A stretch of 37,523 nucleotides of DNA from Octopus bimaculoides (GCF_001194135.2 NC_068984.1:75646859-75684381); one strand, 5' to 3'; shown: positions 21,623 to 34,306, counted from the stretch's first letter. Notes: generated by a model from the letters alone, not told the origin. Made by a program: numbers and translations.

Positions 21623-21747
21623 TTGTGTATGTATGTATGTGTGTATGTATGTATGCATATATGTATTATAATATATGCATATGAATTGACGTAAATTATA
21701 CATATAACATGTATGAATGTATGCATGCATGCACGCATGCATGTGTA

Positions 21748-21826
<79 letters not shown>
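21577..21826. repeat. Compound (TG)n/(TATG)n/(GA)n microsatellite
   Basis: Direct reading of the sequence. Confidence 0.9.
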
Positions 21827-21830
<4 letters not shown>

Positions 21831-22407
21831 GAAGTGAAAGAGAGAATAGTGGTTGAAAAATTATTCGAAGTTTCATGAGTACAAAGTACGTGTCTAATTA
21901 ATGCACTGTCTGCTATTAGCAAAGCTTCTATCGCGTTCTCTTGAAAAGTGGTGTCTTACTGGTAGTTACTAATCTTAGTTTGCCATTCGACGAGCCACGT
22001 TACAAAACGAAAATTGTTGCATGTGGCATCCCAAGGTGGTATTAAGGCTTGTAAAGGCGCTACTAGGGTATAAGTGAAGCAACTCGATGGAAATTAGCTT
22101 CCGTTTACACCTAACTCCTAGATTTTCTCTGGCATTATCTTCCGTATTAATTTCTTGAAACTGACCCTAGAGAAATACACTTTGGTGAGTTCATTTCTCG
22201 GATATTATGCCGCGCTATCTTGGACTGATTCAGAATATGCAGAATTTTAGAGAGGTACAGCCTGCTGTTATGTAAACCAACGGATATATGGAAAGGCTTC
22301 ATTGGCAGGTGCTCTTCTTTTTCATTTGTACGCGCACACATGCCGCTACCAGAAATCTTGTTGAACTATCCTACAAACTAGGGTCATGTAATTGCAGATA
22401 GTATAAT

Positions 22408-23890
22408 TGCTCCTTAGATATTCCCAGAGAACATGCAGATGCCAACCATAAAGCTTAAATTGTCACGCATGATCAGGCAGATGGAAAGCGAAATTAACCT
22501 CATAGAAATCCTACTTCTTACGAATTAAAATTGTCACCCCATCACTCCGATGAAATATCTTGAGAATTTTAAATTAGACTTCATTAACAAGATTAAGAAA
22601 TGTAAAATTTCAGCACTGTACCAACTCCTTCCAAAAATCTTTGAGAAATTACTGATACCCTTCAAGCAATAGCTAAGGTACGCATTCTTGCAGACAAAAT
22701 TAAGAACACAAACAAAACAGACCTTTACAACAGCAATAAACTCTCAATGAATACCACTACCAAATCTAACAAGAAAACTAGCTCTTGCAATTTCATTTAT
22801 GCAGTTGGCAGAGAGCTAACCACTCGATTAATTGCAGAAAACTGTATTGATCATCTTGACATGGGACTTCCCACCACAGACATTACCGACAAGAACTACA
22901 GGCTTAATTCCCTTTGTGACAACGACGCTTGAGATTCTTAATGCAGGAAAATAAAGCCTTCAAAACTAAATTGGGCATACGTGGTAAGCTTTTCTCGATG
23001 CCATTAATCTTAGAATTAAAAGTGCTATGAGATTAAATTAATGAAATTTCTTTATAACAGCGCTGCTATAACACTAAAGTGCCTTCACAATATTGAAAAT
23101 AAAACCACCAGCAAATTCATCCAGTTTGATATTGTGGATTTTTGATCATCTAAATTGGATCCCTTCAGAGAAATCCATTGGATCGGAGATGCAATTTTCT
23201 ACGATTAATGTCTATGATATAAGGATAGTAACGAAAGCCAGAAAGTCATTGTTAAATTACACTCCCCCAGGATCAAAAAGGAAATATATCTGCTTTTCGA
23301 TGTCTTCATAAAAATCTGTGAATGGGCGGACTCTTTATCCTTGATACTTTCAGAAAGCTAACTTCCCTTCACATCTCAAGTTTGTACAGAGAAGTATATA
23401 TGAACAGCAAAACTGTGGATAGGATCAGAAATAGTCTAAAAGGCATATTCAGATTGAAATACAGCTATTACCACCAACCAGATAACTGGTAATTTCTTAG
23501 ATATTAAGATAGATCTTAAAATGTATACATCTGCTCAGACACTGCCTATACTGGTAGCTTGCTATACTAGCAAACTACCAGTCATTACTGAAATTGAGGC
23601 ACTAGCTTACTGAGAGGATTCTGTCTTTCCCAAACTAGTGTCTGCAAAGCTAAACTTTCTCCCACTAGATGATATCCAGAAAAAACGTACGGGTCTTACT
23701 GCAAACGGGTTTAAGTCAAAGGACAAGATAAACTCCACATCACTCTCTTGCTTTATTTGGAAGCTTAGACACCGAAGAAATGACTGCTCCTCTACAACTT
23801 AGAACATTTTCAATGAAACTTGTTCGTATTCCAGCAGGTTATGCAATAGCAGGCTCTGCTTCTCATAGAAACTGTGTATCTCAATGTAAT
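22408..23890 (+). pseudogene. Decayed Penelope-like element ORF (RT plus GIY-YIG endonuclease) with many stops, frameshifts and deletions
   Basis: Collinear motifs across frames: ILADK..N, LDAINLRIK, NIENKTTSKFIQFDIVDF (about 23090-23142), KARKSLL, LLFDV, KICE, SLYRE (LYRDD), DRIRNSLKGIF, NFLDIKIDL (23491), CLSQTSVCKAK..KTY/GLT, STSLSCFIWKL, CNSRLCFS*KLCI. Confidence 0.85.
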
Positions 23891-24524
23891 TTGCTATATT
23901 CTTCAAATAGGAATCCAAAGTAATTTCCATTTGCTGTCACACTTCTACAAATCTCTTGGATCAGTTTCAAATAACTAACCTGGATATGATGACTGAGTAA
24001 ATTGAGAAACTTACTCTCTTGTGAACAAAAGATAAGCTTGACCGAGCTATACCTACATCCTAGTAGAGTGTAAACGTTCTAATAGTACTTTACTCGATAA
24101 TTCTGTACAGTGCAGTGTAGTGTACATTGTACTCGATAATTCTGTACAGTACAATGCAGTGTACAGTGCAGAGATAATTCGTGCAGTGGGAGTCAAATTT
24201 ACCAATAATTTCACTCTGAATACCACTAAGACGTTACTTATTGCAAATGTCTGATTGACTATTCATCGTCTAGTCAGAATCGGAGGGACGTATTTATTAC
24301 CATTTATTTGGCTTCGAGACATTTAGTGGAGAGTGAGGGAAATGAGAGGACTGCTTCAAATTGGAGGCTTGAGAGGAATGTTTCCAACTAATTGGATTTT
24401 GCAAATGTCTATCAAAAGCCATTGTGTGGTTTTAAACTTGGCGATGGTCAAGTCAACTAACCAAACAGGTTTAGAAATCAGATCGCAAAGAACCAGAACA
24501 AAGGCTGCAAGGCCCCCAGTTGCC

Positions 24525-24690
24525 ACTCTAACGATTCTGCCAGTCGACCGACTTAGATTATTTCTTTATTGACTGGTCGCAGAAGAATGGATGGTAAGTT
24601 TGACCACGGCGTGGTTTAAATTTGGAATATAAAGAACCAGAATATCATAAAGCATTTTGTCCACCGCTGCTATGTTTCTGGCATTTCGCA
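24525..24690 (-). mobile_element. Degenerate SINE of the 33024 family
   Basis: The reverse complement ccagaaacatagcagcggtggacaaaatgcttt...ccacgccgtggtcaaacttacc aligns to 33024-33130. Confidence 0.6.
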
Positions 24691-24814
24691 GTCAAGTAAA
24701 TTAAGACACTTGATAGTGTTTCAGTGGAAGTCCGAGTAAATTAAGAACTGCCGACCTGCAAATATACTTTCGAAATAATATAATGAGTGGTCTTTTCATT
24801 CTTGTCCGCACACA

Positions 24815-25057
24815 CACACACACGCGCGCGCACACATACAGAGGTAGGTAGATAGACATATAGTTAGTTAGTTAGTTAGATAGATAGATAGATAGATAGA
24901 TAGATACATACATACATACATACATACATACATACATACATACATACATACACACATACATACATACAGTAACATACATACATACAGTAACATACATACA
25001 TACATACTGTATACAGTACAGATCATATATTTGTGTATGCATGAAAATATAAATATG

Positions 25058-25095
<38 letters not shown>
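24815..25095. repeat. Compound (CA)/(TAGA)/(TACA) microsatellite
   Basis: Direct reading of the sequence. Confidence 0.9.
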
Positions 25096-25689
25096 TTGTA
25101 CTGTACTTCAGAATATATCTTGTAGATTTTTAGATACATGTAATGCAATATAACATTGAAAGAAAACCCCGATAACGCACCAGTTCAGTAATTTATGTGT
25201 GCGTGAGTGTGTAGACATAAACACACACACATAAAATATAAAAATAATGTATACATATAGGCACACTCACATATGAATATATGCATGAATGCCTCACGTA
25301 CATATGGAGACGGGGTTTAGTTTAAAAAGAAGAAAAACACTTGACCCACTAACCAAATATTGATAATGGAAATCTTTATGGAATTTGCCGAGGTCAAATT
25401 CTTCTCTGGTGGAACCATAAAAATGGAATAAATTATGACAAGTCTGCAAACCACACAGAAAATTTATCTTATCAGTTCTGTCATCAATACCCTTTATGTC
25501 AACCTTGTTTTTTAAGCGGGGGTTGAAAAGGGAGCGAAGGCATAATATTTTATTTTTTAATCGCGAAGATATTTTGAAATTTGAGTATTTATTGCACGCA
25601 TCGTTATTGTGAATATAAAAAGGCCTTGAGTAATATGGATATGTTTTTGTGGTTGTTTTATTGTTTTGTTTTGTTTTGTTTTCAATAGG

Positions 25690-25830
25690 CACAAGGTTTG
25701 TATTGCTGACTACACTGAATTTGGTATAGATCTGGTACTTGCATTATTTCTGGATGGCTTGGAGCAATATAAGAATGCTTCCAATAGTTGGGAAATACGT
25801 AATGGTGCAAGATTTCTTCGTTGTTAATTT
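25690..25830 (-). mobile_element. Very decayed LINE RT fragment
   Basis: Minus translation VFPNYWKHSYIAP and, after shifts, FSVVSN resemble FP..WK.A.I.P...NYRPI..SVVSK. Confidence 0.4.
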
Positions 25831-25850
25831 ATTTACTTTCTATTACGATA

Positions 25851-26273
25851 GGCGCCGACATGAGTGTATGGTTGACAAGCTTGCTTTGCAAGTTCAGTCC
25901 CACTGCGCGGCACCTTTGGCAAGCGTCTTTTACTATAGACCCCGGCCCAACTGCTGTCATATGAGTGAATATCATAGACGGATACTATGTGGAATCCCGT
26001 CGTGTCTATGTGTGTGTGTATGTGTGGTTAAAATTTAAATACATGTTAATAAATATTCGATTGGTGTATCCGTTAAAGCATCTGTGTATGAATCTGTGTT
26101 TGGCCCCTCCACCACTAGACAAACGTCTATCGGTTCGGCAAAGCAATCGATAGAATAAATACCAGACTTCAAGAAAATAAATACTAGTGTGCATCTATTA
26201 AATTTAAACCCTGCAACGTGGTGCCCCAGCATGGCCGCAGCCCAATGAGTGGAAGGAATAAAGGATAAAAGAT
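25851..26273 (+). mobile_element. SINE family 1, near full length, diverged
   Basis: Head gttcagtcccactgcgcggcacctttggcaag and tail cggttcggcaaag...gtgccccagcatggccgcag. Confidence 0.85.
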
Positions 26274-26435
26274 GTACCGGCAAACGTTTATCGCCATAGT
26301 GCAGTGTACTTTTAAAAAATTGAAAATGTTTTTTTTTGCTCTTATCACTTCTGCGATCAAATTTAACTTGTTCCAGTTTGTTAATTCTTGTTTCCTGGAT
26401 CGATGAAATAAATCTTTTCTTCTCTTACTTCGCAA

Positions 26436-26570
26436 GTTGTCATTGTTGTTGCTTTAACCCCAGGTCGATTCTGATATAGCAGACCTAAACTCAAAAGCAT
26501 TTCCATTTGAGGCTATTTTCCTCGCTGTAGTGAACCGTCCCTTTTTCTAAGACATGATATGATCTAGCAA
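26436..26570 (-). mobile_element. (CAA)n-tailed retroelement 3' end family
   Basis: gttgtcattgttgttgctttaaccccaggtcgattctgatatagcagacc is the reverse of the 9131-9340 tail. Confidence 0.6.
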
Positions 26571-27632
26571 AGCTATGATGTCTAATGATGAGAATTTTAG
26601 ATTCAAGACTGTAAGGCAGTAGCATCGATTTTCCGACGAACTAGTGCTATAAGTCATACTTTCAGTCCAATACCTTGCAAATATAAAATATATGTGTCCC
26701 TTGAAATCTACGACACATTAGTGGAGGCTGTGATTGGAAATAGAATTGGCTGTGATTGGAAATAGAATTGGTGGTCACGTTGTACCTGCTTCATTGTGTA
26801 TCTCCCATTTTTCAATACCTTTAGGCTTATATAAAATTACAGTCACCTCCCAACTTTACCATTATTAGATGACACCTGTCTATTGTAGGTTACGTTTGCT
26901 TGTGATCTGGATGGTATCTCATCTTAATAACTAGGTTTTTTAAAAGCATAACACCTGAGCATATCATAACAAGCAGAATAATATTACAGATGAGAAGATG
27001 CTTACCTCTAGTTTTCATAGCGTTATGCAGATAAGGTGAGATAATTCTCCCTCGCTAACATATTATATGCAGTTTTTCCCCACTGAAGTGAAATTGGGCA
27101 TGATAGTGCGAGCTAGAACTGTTTGCCAAATGAAGGGCTGCTGCTACTATCGCTTGGAATGGGATTGATGGTTTCCCACCACGAGGAACGTATTTACAGC
27201 TAAGTGGCATGATCCATTTGAGAATTTAATGTCTTGGTCACATACACAGTGCAACGCCAAGGACTGGATAAGAATCTTTGTCATCTTTGTCAGTTGTTCG
27301 TTCACTACGCAATCTACGTTACAATAAAAAAAAATTGGTCTTCTGCTAGGATTAAAGAATTCAATATTAAGATTTTCAACAATAACAGGCAATTGTAGAT
27401 CACTTTCAATCACTCATGCACAACAAATCGATATTCCATGATACATTTGTATGTTCACAAATGTCGATTTCACCTTTTGTAATATTACTACAGTGAATGA
27501 TCATAGCAACTAATCCCGTTTCGTTGATGTAAAAACAAGATATTGGCAATAAATGACAGATTTCACATCAATAAAAGTATCATCAGATACAAAAGGGAAT
27601 GAAATAAATAAATAAATGATTATGATAACAGA

Positions 27633-27633
<1 letters not shown>

Positions 27634-27674
<41 letters not shown>

Positions 27675-27692
27675 ATTGATGAGGATGATGGT
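27634..27692. repeat. (GAT)n microsatellite
   Basis: Direct reading of the sequence. Confidence 0.9.
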
Positions 27693-27866
27693 GGTAAGGA
27701 TGATCTTTTATTAGCCACAAGGGCCTCAAATGATACGAAGGCAAGTTAACAATAAAATATATGGCTTTACAGAAAAATCGAATAAAGAAAACAATTAACT
27801 ACAAAGTAATAATAATTTCTCTCATTTAGCTATTGAGGGCAATTCCAACAACAACAACAGCAAATC

Positions 27867-27873
27867 AATAATG

Positions 27874-27961
<88 letters not shown>

Positions 27962-28000
27962 TGATGATAATAATAATAATGATAATAATANNNNNNNNNN

Positions 28001-28034
<34 letters not shown>

Positions 28035-28143
28035 TGATGATAATAATAATAATGATAATAATAATGATAATAATAATAATGATAATAATGATGATGATAA
28101 TAATAATAATGATAATAATAATAATAATAACAATTACAATAAC

Positions 28144-28207
<64 letters not shown>
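27867..28207. repeat. Long (AAT)n/(GAT)n trinucleotide array
   Basis: Direct reading; this is the source of the poly-I/N/Y/L ORFs in the track. Confidence 0.95.
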
Positions 28208-28212
28208 GTAGC

Positions 28213-28640
28213 AAGGTACCAAAGCTAAGGAGCTGAAAAGAAAATGTGGCATAAAATGGATAAGTGAAATCAATAAAGCAATCGAAAAGATCAAGCGTAT
28301 GATCCAAACCAAAACAGCACGTATAAGGAGGCTTGAAGAAAGATTAAACTTCTTCAAAGACATTAGTATGTTCCGGAACAATACTAAGATCTTCTATAGG
28401 AAAACTTCAAAAGATTATATGACAGTTAAAAAAGCATCAACCAAGGAGGAAGTGCAAAAGTTTTGAAAATCGAACGTGGCCGATGCCTAAAGAACACAGT
28501 CGTACTGCTCCAGGGATTCATCAGCAATTCAGAGAAATTGAGTTCGAAAGATTTCTGTGTTGAAGATCTCAGGACTACACTGAGTAAGTCTAGCAAATAA
28601 AATCCCTAACTTTTAGGAAAATGCTCTCCCTGAATCCCAA
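28213..28640 (+). mobile_element. R4/Dong-like non-LTR retrotransposon fragment (region N-terminal to RT)
   Basis: AIEKIKRMIQTKTARIRRLEERLNFFKDISMFRNNTKIFYRKTSKDYMTVKKASTKEEVQKF* resembles LKQK+QAK..R+RRY..R..F...N..F..N.K.FYR......P.KEE+..FW. Confidence 0.7.
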
Positions 28641-28835
28641 ANNNNNNNNNNNNNNNNNNNNNNNNNNNNNNNNNNNNNNNNNNNNNNNNNNNNNNNNNNN
28701 NNNNNNNNNNNNNNNNNNNNNNNNNNNNNNNNNNNNNNNNNNNNNNNNNNNNNNNNNNNNNNNNNNNNNNNNNNNNNNNNNNNNNNNNNNNNNNNNNNNN
28801 NNNNNNNNNNNNNNNNNNNNNNNNNNNNNNNNNNN

Positions 28836-28894
<59 letters not shown>

Positions 28895-28900
28895 GCGTGT

Positions 28901-29102
28901 GTGTCTGTGTCCCCCCAACATCGCTTGACAACCGATGCTGGTGTGTTTTCGTCCCCGTAACATAGCGGTTCGGCAAAAGAGACCGATAGAATAAGTACTA
29001 GGCTTACAAAGAATAAGTCCTGGGGTCGATTTGCTCGACTAAAGGCGGTGCTCCAGCATGGCCACAGTCAAATGAGTGAAACAAGTAAAAGAGTAAAAGA
29101 GA
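28901..29102 (+). mobile_element. SINE family 1 3' half, young-looking
   Basis: catcgcttgacaaccgatgctggtg...cggcaaaagagaccgatagaataagtactaggcttac...ggcggtgctccagcatggccacagtcaaatg. Confidence 0.95.
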
Positions 29103-29899
29103 CAAAGAATTAAGGGTACACATGTTTGTGAAATGTCCAACCACTTATATGTTAATTCTTTGAGTAATTTGTTCAGTCGACTGAGCAATTGAATATTCAT
29201 CGGCGAAACCGACGGAGGTCCTCCGCTAAGCTGCAACATACATTATTAAAATGGGTAAAGAAGGATTTGATATTTGTCACAGCAGGATATTTGTCACAGC
29301 AGGAGTCAACTTGTAAGAAAATGTGAGGAAGGGAAAGATCTAGATAAAGACAGTTTAAAAGTAAATGGTATGTCAACTGTATGTCAACTTGTAGACAAGT
29401 CATTCTTTGTGAAACACACTCGTTGCCACTGAAATTTGTTGCACTCGGTCATTACGACCAGATACGTCCAAGCCAAAGTCAATAATGAACGGGTGATTCA
29501 TTTATTTATTTACTTGTTCATTCATTCATTTATATATTTATTTTTGTGTGATTAATTTTCTCGGTTTACTACATTCGTGTCAAGGGCGGCGAATTAAGAC
29601 TTCATCGGACCACATACAAAGCCTGTATCAGTTTTCCATTTGAATATAAAACAACAACAGTAACAATAAAAGAGGCTGTTGTATCCCTTTGATTATTCAC
29701 GGGAGAAATTGTGAGTTAATTACTAGTGAGATTCACATGAAAACAAGTTAGTTATACTTAAGAGGAGAAAATAATCTTTACGAAGTTACTTTGGAGCATT
29801 GTTTCGCTGTGGTTTATAGCCTTTTTGCCAACCATCATCGTGCATGCATATGATCAAAGGTGTTTCCACTATGGTCATCCCGACTTTTGGTCAAATATA

Positions 29900-30080
29900 T
29901 TCTCTCTGAAACTACATTACTTCGTGTTTCCTTCCCCTTGTTTTTAAGGCTATATGATTGGATTTTAGGGTGATTTGGCAGCTATTTCTAGTCGGTCGAA
30001 TGACATATAGAAACTCCGCTCAGGAAATTACCTTTTCTTTCGTTTTAAAAAGTTGTTGTTTAGCCCCGGGTTAATCATGA
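29900..30080 (-). mobile_element. (CAA)n-tailed retroelement 3' end fragments
   Basis: agggtgatttggcagctatttcta and gttgttgtttagccccgggtt. Confidence 0.6.
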
Positions 30081-30160
30081 CTGAGAAAACTATAATCAAA
30101 GACATTCCCACTGTGATCGTGCCATATTTTTTTTATTATTTATGTGTTCATTGTATATAT

Positions 30161-30550
30161 CGTGGAGACGCAATGGCCCAGTGGTTAGGGCAGCGGACTC
30201 GCGGTCATAGGATCACGGTTTCGATTCCCAGACCGGGCGTTGTGAGTGTTTATTGACCGAAAACACCCAAACCTCCACGAGGCTCCGGCAGGGGATGGTG
30301 GCGAACCCTGCTGTACTCTTTCACCACAACTTTCTCTCACTCTTACTTCCTATTTTTGTTGTGCCTGTAATTCAAAGGGTCAGCCTTGTCACACTGTGTC
30401 ACGCTGAATATCCCCAAGAACTACGTTAAGGGTACACGTGTCTGTGGAGTGCTCAGCCACTTGCACGTTAATTTCACGAGCAGGCTGTTCCGTTGATCGG
30501 ATCAACTGGAACCCTCGACGTCGTAAGCGACGGAGTGCCAACAACAACAA
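30161..30550 (+). mobile_element. Intact tRNA-derived SINE (family 3) with (CAA)n tail and probable TSD
   Basis: A box tggcccagtgg, B box ggtttcgattcc and tail gtgccaacaacaacaa. cattgtata occurs at 30149-30157 and 30551-30559. Confidence 0.92.
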
Positions 30551-30739
30551 CATTGTATAATGTGTCCATATTTATTAACAGTTTTGGTTTGATTCCTGTG
30601 AGATTTTCCTGTTATTTGTTGCAGGTCGATATAGAAGCTCCTTAATTGGTTTGATTTAAAACATATTTAGGATAGTCCAAATTACTTTTCTTCGTTGTCG
30701 CTGGGTCTGCTAGAAGCAGAAGGTAAATCTCAGCCAAGA

Positions 30740-31300
30740 TGAACTCTTGTGATGAGAAATGGATGGAGCCCAAAGAAAACTGCTTTGACGGGAGATTCAC
30801 GTGCCAGACACGTTTGAAAGTTCGAGAGTAATAACACTGCTTTCAAATATCTCGTAGGCCAGAACTCACAGATGAGTAACATAGGATAGCAGAGACTCGG
30901 TGGATCTAGTTTTACGAAAGCTGTACTGGTGGCTAATACGGAGAAAAATAGATTCGATGGGTTGGGGAAAGTTGATGTTAATGGCTGTACCCATACCCTT
31001 CAAAATATTCGGTGTATGATAAGACGCTGGTTGGCAGGATCGGAAGAGCTATTTTTCTTGGTAACTGAACACACTACGTTTCCATAGACTGGGGTGTATC
31101 TTTGTAATAAAGGAAATTGAATGGTTTGACCAGCATAGAGTCTAGCTCTGGAATCATGTTTGTGGATGATAGCAGGTAGATTTTCGGAGCCAGTGATCTT
31201 GTCGGTTTGAAGCGACGGAGACGTTTTTACCCTTGGTGTGTATATGTGTGTATGGTGGTGTGTCTGGTGTAGTTGAAGGCATTGATGTAACTAGAGTGGA
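30740..31300 (-). mobile_element. Jockey/CR1/I-group LINE reverse transcriptase fragment (decayed)
   Basis: Minus translations LQTDKITGSENLPAII, KKNSSSDPANQR, SHQYSFRKTRSTESLLSYVTH and FKRVWHVNLPSK match PKK..SDP.NYRP, QYGFR..RST and AFDRVWH. Confidence 0.85.
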
Positions 31301-31659
31301 TACAGTCAGGGCAACGCCTCGATTTGCCCACTCCCCACCCGAGGGGCAACACTTGAGTTTCACACACACAGACACATTCACATCCAAACGCACCGGCCTA
31401 ACACTGCGCAGTTACATATTCACGGCACGTCCCTGAAGTATATTTTAGAGTAACTGTAGGTTACTTTAGATCGAAAACTGTGAGTAGAGTTCCGATATCA
31501 AAACACTGCTTTTCTTTCAATACAACTGATATAGGCTTGTACAACAGGCATAAAAGTGCCATCCCCATAAAAGTGTCGCCTGGATCAGACCACCCCTTGC
31601 CCCCTAACTACCCTACTGGTGGAAAGGGATAATTTTGAAGGTTAATTTATATATGTACT

Positions 31660-31920
31660 ATGCGCAGTGCTGAGTTGGAGTTAAAGCGAGCAGCATATGT
31701 GAAGGTTTTTTCCAGAGAATTTCTATTCACAGAGTCAACTGGAGGAAAACAGGATTCAACAATTTCAACAGACATCCTTTTGGCAACAGCCTATAATGAC
31801 CAGTAGCAGTTTGCAAGAAGGACGAGCTTGAGGAGTCTACGGTGCTTGGATAATGGTTTTCCAGTGGTTGCAGTACTGAGTAAGAGCCAGACAGCTTGAA
31901 TGGGTGAGTAATTTTTTCCC
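31660..31920 (-). mobile_element. LINE endonuclease-RT linker fragment of the same group
   Basis: CYWSL*AVAK..SCFPPV..SLEKTFTYAARFNSNSAL resembles FWSL.K...S.FPPL...EKA.LFA..F.SNSTL. Confidence 0.65.
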
Positions 31921-32770
31921 TATCATTTTATAAGATTGTGTCTATTGCCTTTAACTGCTACTCAGTAGGGTTTGGTGTAAATTCGTCGTGAATAATAGCA
32001 TCACAGCGAATACATCGCCCGTAATTTCATCGAAACCAATATTACCATGCCAAAAGTAAATGTATCGTTAAACATTTTTTAAAGCTTTTCTTTTTTTTTT
32101 CCGCAGAGTAAACACTTTACAATTCATTAAAAGGGAAAAAGAAATTCAAAGACAAAAAAATGCCATACTACAAGCAAGAATTTTTTTAAAGAAATCTTGA
32201 AAAAGCATCAATCAATAAATGAATAATCAAACAGTGTATCGCTGGCGCAGAAATTTCCCATTACAAAAGGAAATTTTAAATTAGTGCAACGAGAATTCAA
32301 AACATCGTCAACGAATATCAAACTCGTGAACTACAAGATTATCTTAAAGAAGCATCGCTCATAAATTGTCTTCTTAGAATGTGTATACATGATTAGAATC
32401 GACTTGAAAGTTTTAAAACTTCATAAAAAGTTAAGAAAAATTAAATGTGTGAACTCTATGCATCTTTTTCCTTAGCATTTCTTAATTTCAAATTCAAATT
32501 TCTAATCCCGCCAAATATTATGAAGAAATGATTATATCCTTGTAATAGCTGCGACAACTAGGGGAACCAACCGGGTTCATCATTCTTCCAGTTTAGAATA
32601 GTATTGACTTTTTAATGCCTCTGTGCGTGTGTGCGTGCGTGCGTGTGTGTGTGTGTGTATGTGTATGTGTGTGATTTCTTTTACATTGAATTTTTTTTAT
32701 TTTGTTAATGGAAGTCGACGTATATAATTGCATGAGACAAGTAATGTCATTATTTCCTTAATACTAAGAG

Positions 32771-33000
32771 CGTGGAGGTACGTGGCTTAGTGGTTAGGGT
32801 GTTAGCACCATGATCGTAAGATTGTGGTTTCGATTCCTGGACCGGGTATTGCGTTGTGTTCTTGAGCAAAACACTTCATTTCACGTTGCTCCAGTCCATT
32901 CAGCTGGCAGAAATGAGTTACGCTGCGATGGATTGGAGTCCCGTCGAGCTGGGGAACACATACGCCATGGAAACTGGGCCCATAAACTTGGCTAGGCTTT
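32771..33000 (+). mobile_element. tRNA-derived SINE family 2
   Basis: A box tggcttagtgg, B box ggtttcgattcc, and central ttgagcaaaacacttcatttcacgttgctccagtccattcagctg. Confidence 0.88.
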
Positions 33001-33023
33001 ATAGGGCGCTTTTATTTATTTTA

Positions 33024-33245
33024 TTAAGGCGGTGAACTGGCAGAATCGTTAGCACGCCGGGCGAAATGCTTAGTGGTATTTCGTCTGTTTTTATGTTCTG
33101 AGTTCAAATTCTGCCGAGGTCGACCTTGCCTTTCACCCTTTCGGGGTCGATTAAATAAGTACCAGTTACACACAGAGGTCGATGCAATCGACTTACCCCC
33201 TCCCCGCAAATTTCAGGCCTTGTGCCTATAATAGAAATGATTATT
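33024..33245 (+). mobile_element. tRNA-derived SINE family 4 with a Nin-like core
   Basis: aaggcggtgaactggcagaatcgttagcacgccgggcgaaatgc...gttcaaattc...ggtcgaccttgcctttcaccctttcggggtcgattaaataagtacca. Confidence 0.88.
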
Positions 33246-33901
33246 TCCTTAATACTGAAATAAGACTACACCTTCATAATTTCTATAGTAAATACTGTTA
33301 ATAATATAATTTACTTAGTTTATGCAGAATACGTGTGGCCTGGTGGTAAAGGATGTTCGGCTCGTGATCAAAGAATCTACTCACAAATGCCCTTAAACAA
33401 TTAGCAAAAAAGTGTGGAGTATGTTACCAAATCACGCCCGTTCGCGAGTGACGAACGGTCATTCTTTATTAGCTAATCACCATTCATGTAGAAAGTGGAT
33501 TGTTTGCGATTTTGTAGAAAGGAAGTATAAAATGTTATTCTTTTAATACCTAAGTACATTTTCCTGATGTTGCAGTTAGTAGGAAAATCAATCATATGCA
33601 TCTTATCTGTTAGCTTAAAAGCTTAAAAATTTAGCCCATCTAAATGACTCCCTAATATGCTATAAAAAAGAACTGTAAAAAAAGACCTAATTATTTTCCA
33701 TTGTTAATGAAGTGTAGCGTATATATATTTACTCTGAATAAAAACTTTAAGTAACGTTTAGATATGCATTTACTCTATAGATAACAAGAATGGCGCTGAT
33801 GTATTTGATTTTGATGAAATCAACTTGCAAGGCAATTACCTCTTGCAAAGTAATTATTTAGCAATATAATTAATTTACAATGAAATTATAAACATACAGA
33901 C

Positions 33902-34306
33902 GCAGGCGTAGCTGTGTAGTAAGATGCTTGCTTCCCAGCCACATGGTTCCAGGTTCAGTCCCACTGCCAGGTACCTCGGGCAAGTGTCTTCTACTATAGC
34001 GTTGGGCTGACCAAAGCCTTGTGAGTGGATTTGGTAGGTAGAAACTGAAAGAATCCCGTCGCATATATGTATATATATGTGTGTTTGTGTGTCTGTGTTT
34101 GTGCCTCTGCCATCGTAAGACAACCGATGCTGGTGTGCTTATGTCCCGGAAACTTAGCGGTTCGGCAAAAGAGACCGATAGAATAAGTACTAAACTTAGA
34201 ATAAGTTCTAGGGTCGATAGAATAAGTCCCAGGGTCGATTCGTTCGACTAAATGTGGTGCTCCAGCATGGCCACAGTGAAATGATTGAAACAAGTAAAAC
34301 AATAAA
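33902..34306 (+). mobile_element. SINE family 1, full length, with a small internal tandem duplication
   Basis: Complete head, short internal TA/TG tract and tail; agaataagt..agggtcgat is present twice. Confidence 0.93.

Noticed and set aside
25689-25798. + strand exon candidate (strong acceptor at 25688; HKVCIADYTEFGIDLVLALFLDGLEQYKNASNSWEI)
   Set aside because: The opposite strand reads as a decayed LINE RT motif (FPNYWKHSYIAP), which explains the open frame, and I recognise no protein family.
26726-26769. Exact 22-bp tandem duplication (similar small ones at about 24070-24190 and 29268-29305)
   Set aside because: These are ordinary slippage duplications. There is no spacer structure, so they are not CRISPR-like arrays.
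27006-27082. Minus-strand exon candidate with good splice sites
   Set aside because: Stops occur in all frames. The surrounding 27120-27420 may be very old LINE RT (VPRG-like), but that is too weak to call.
31730-31912. Exon candidate ending at a strong donor gaatgg|gtgagt
   Set aside because: Stops occur in all three frames, and the region is antisense to a LINE fragment.
33438-33458. Perfect 7-bp GC-rich hairpin ccgttcg-cgagtga-cgaacgg
   Set aside because: It is short, isolated and expected occasionally by chance, with no supporting context.
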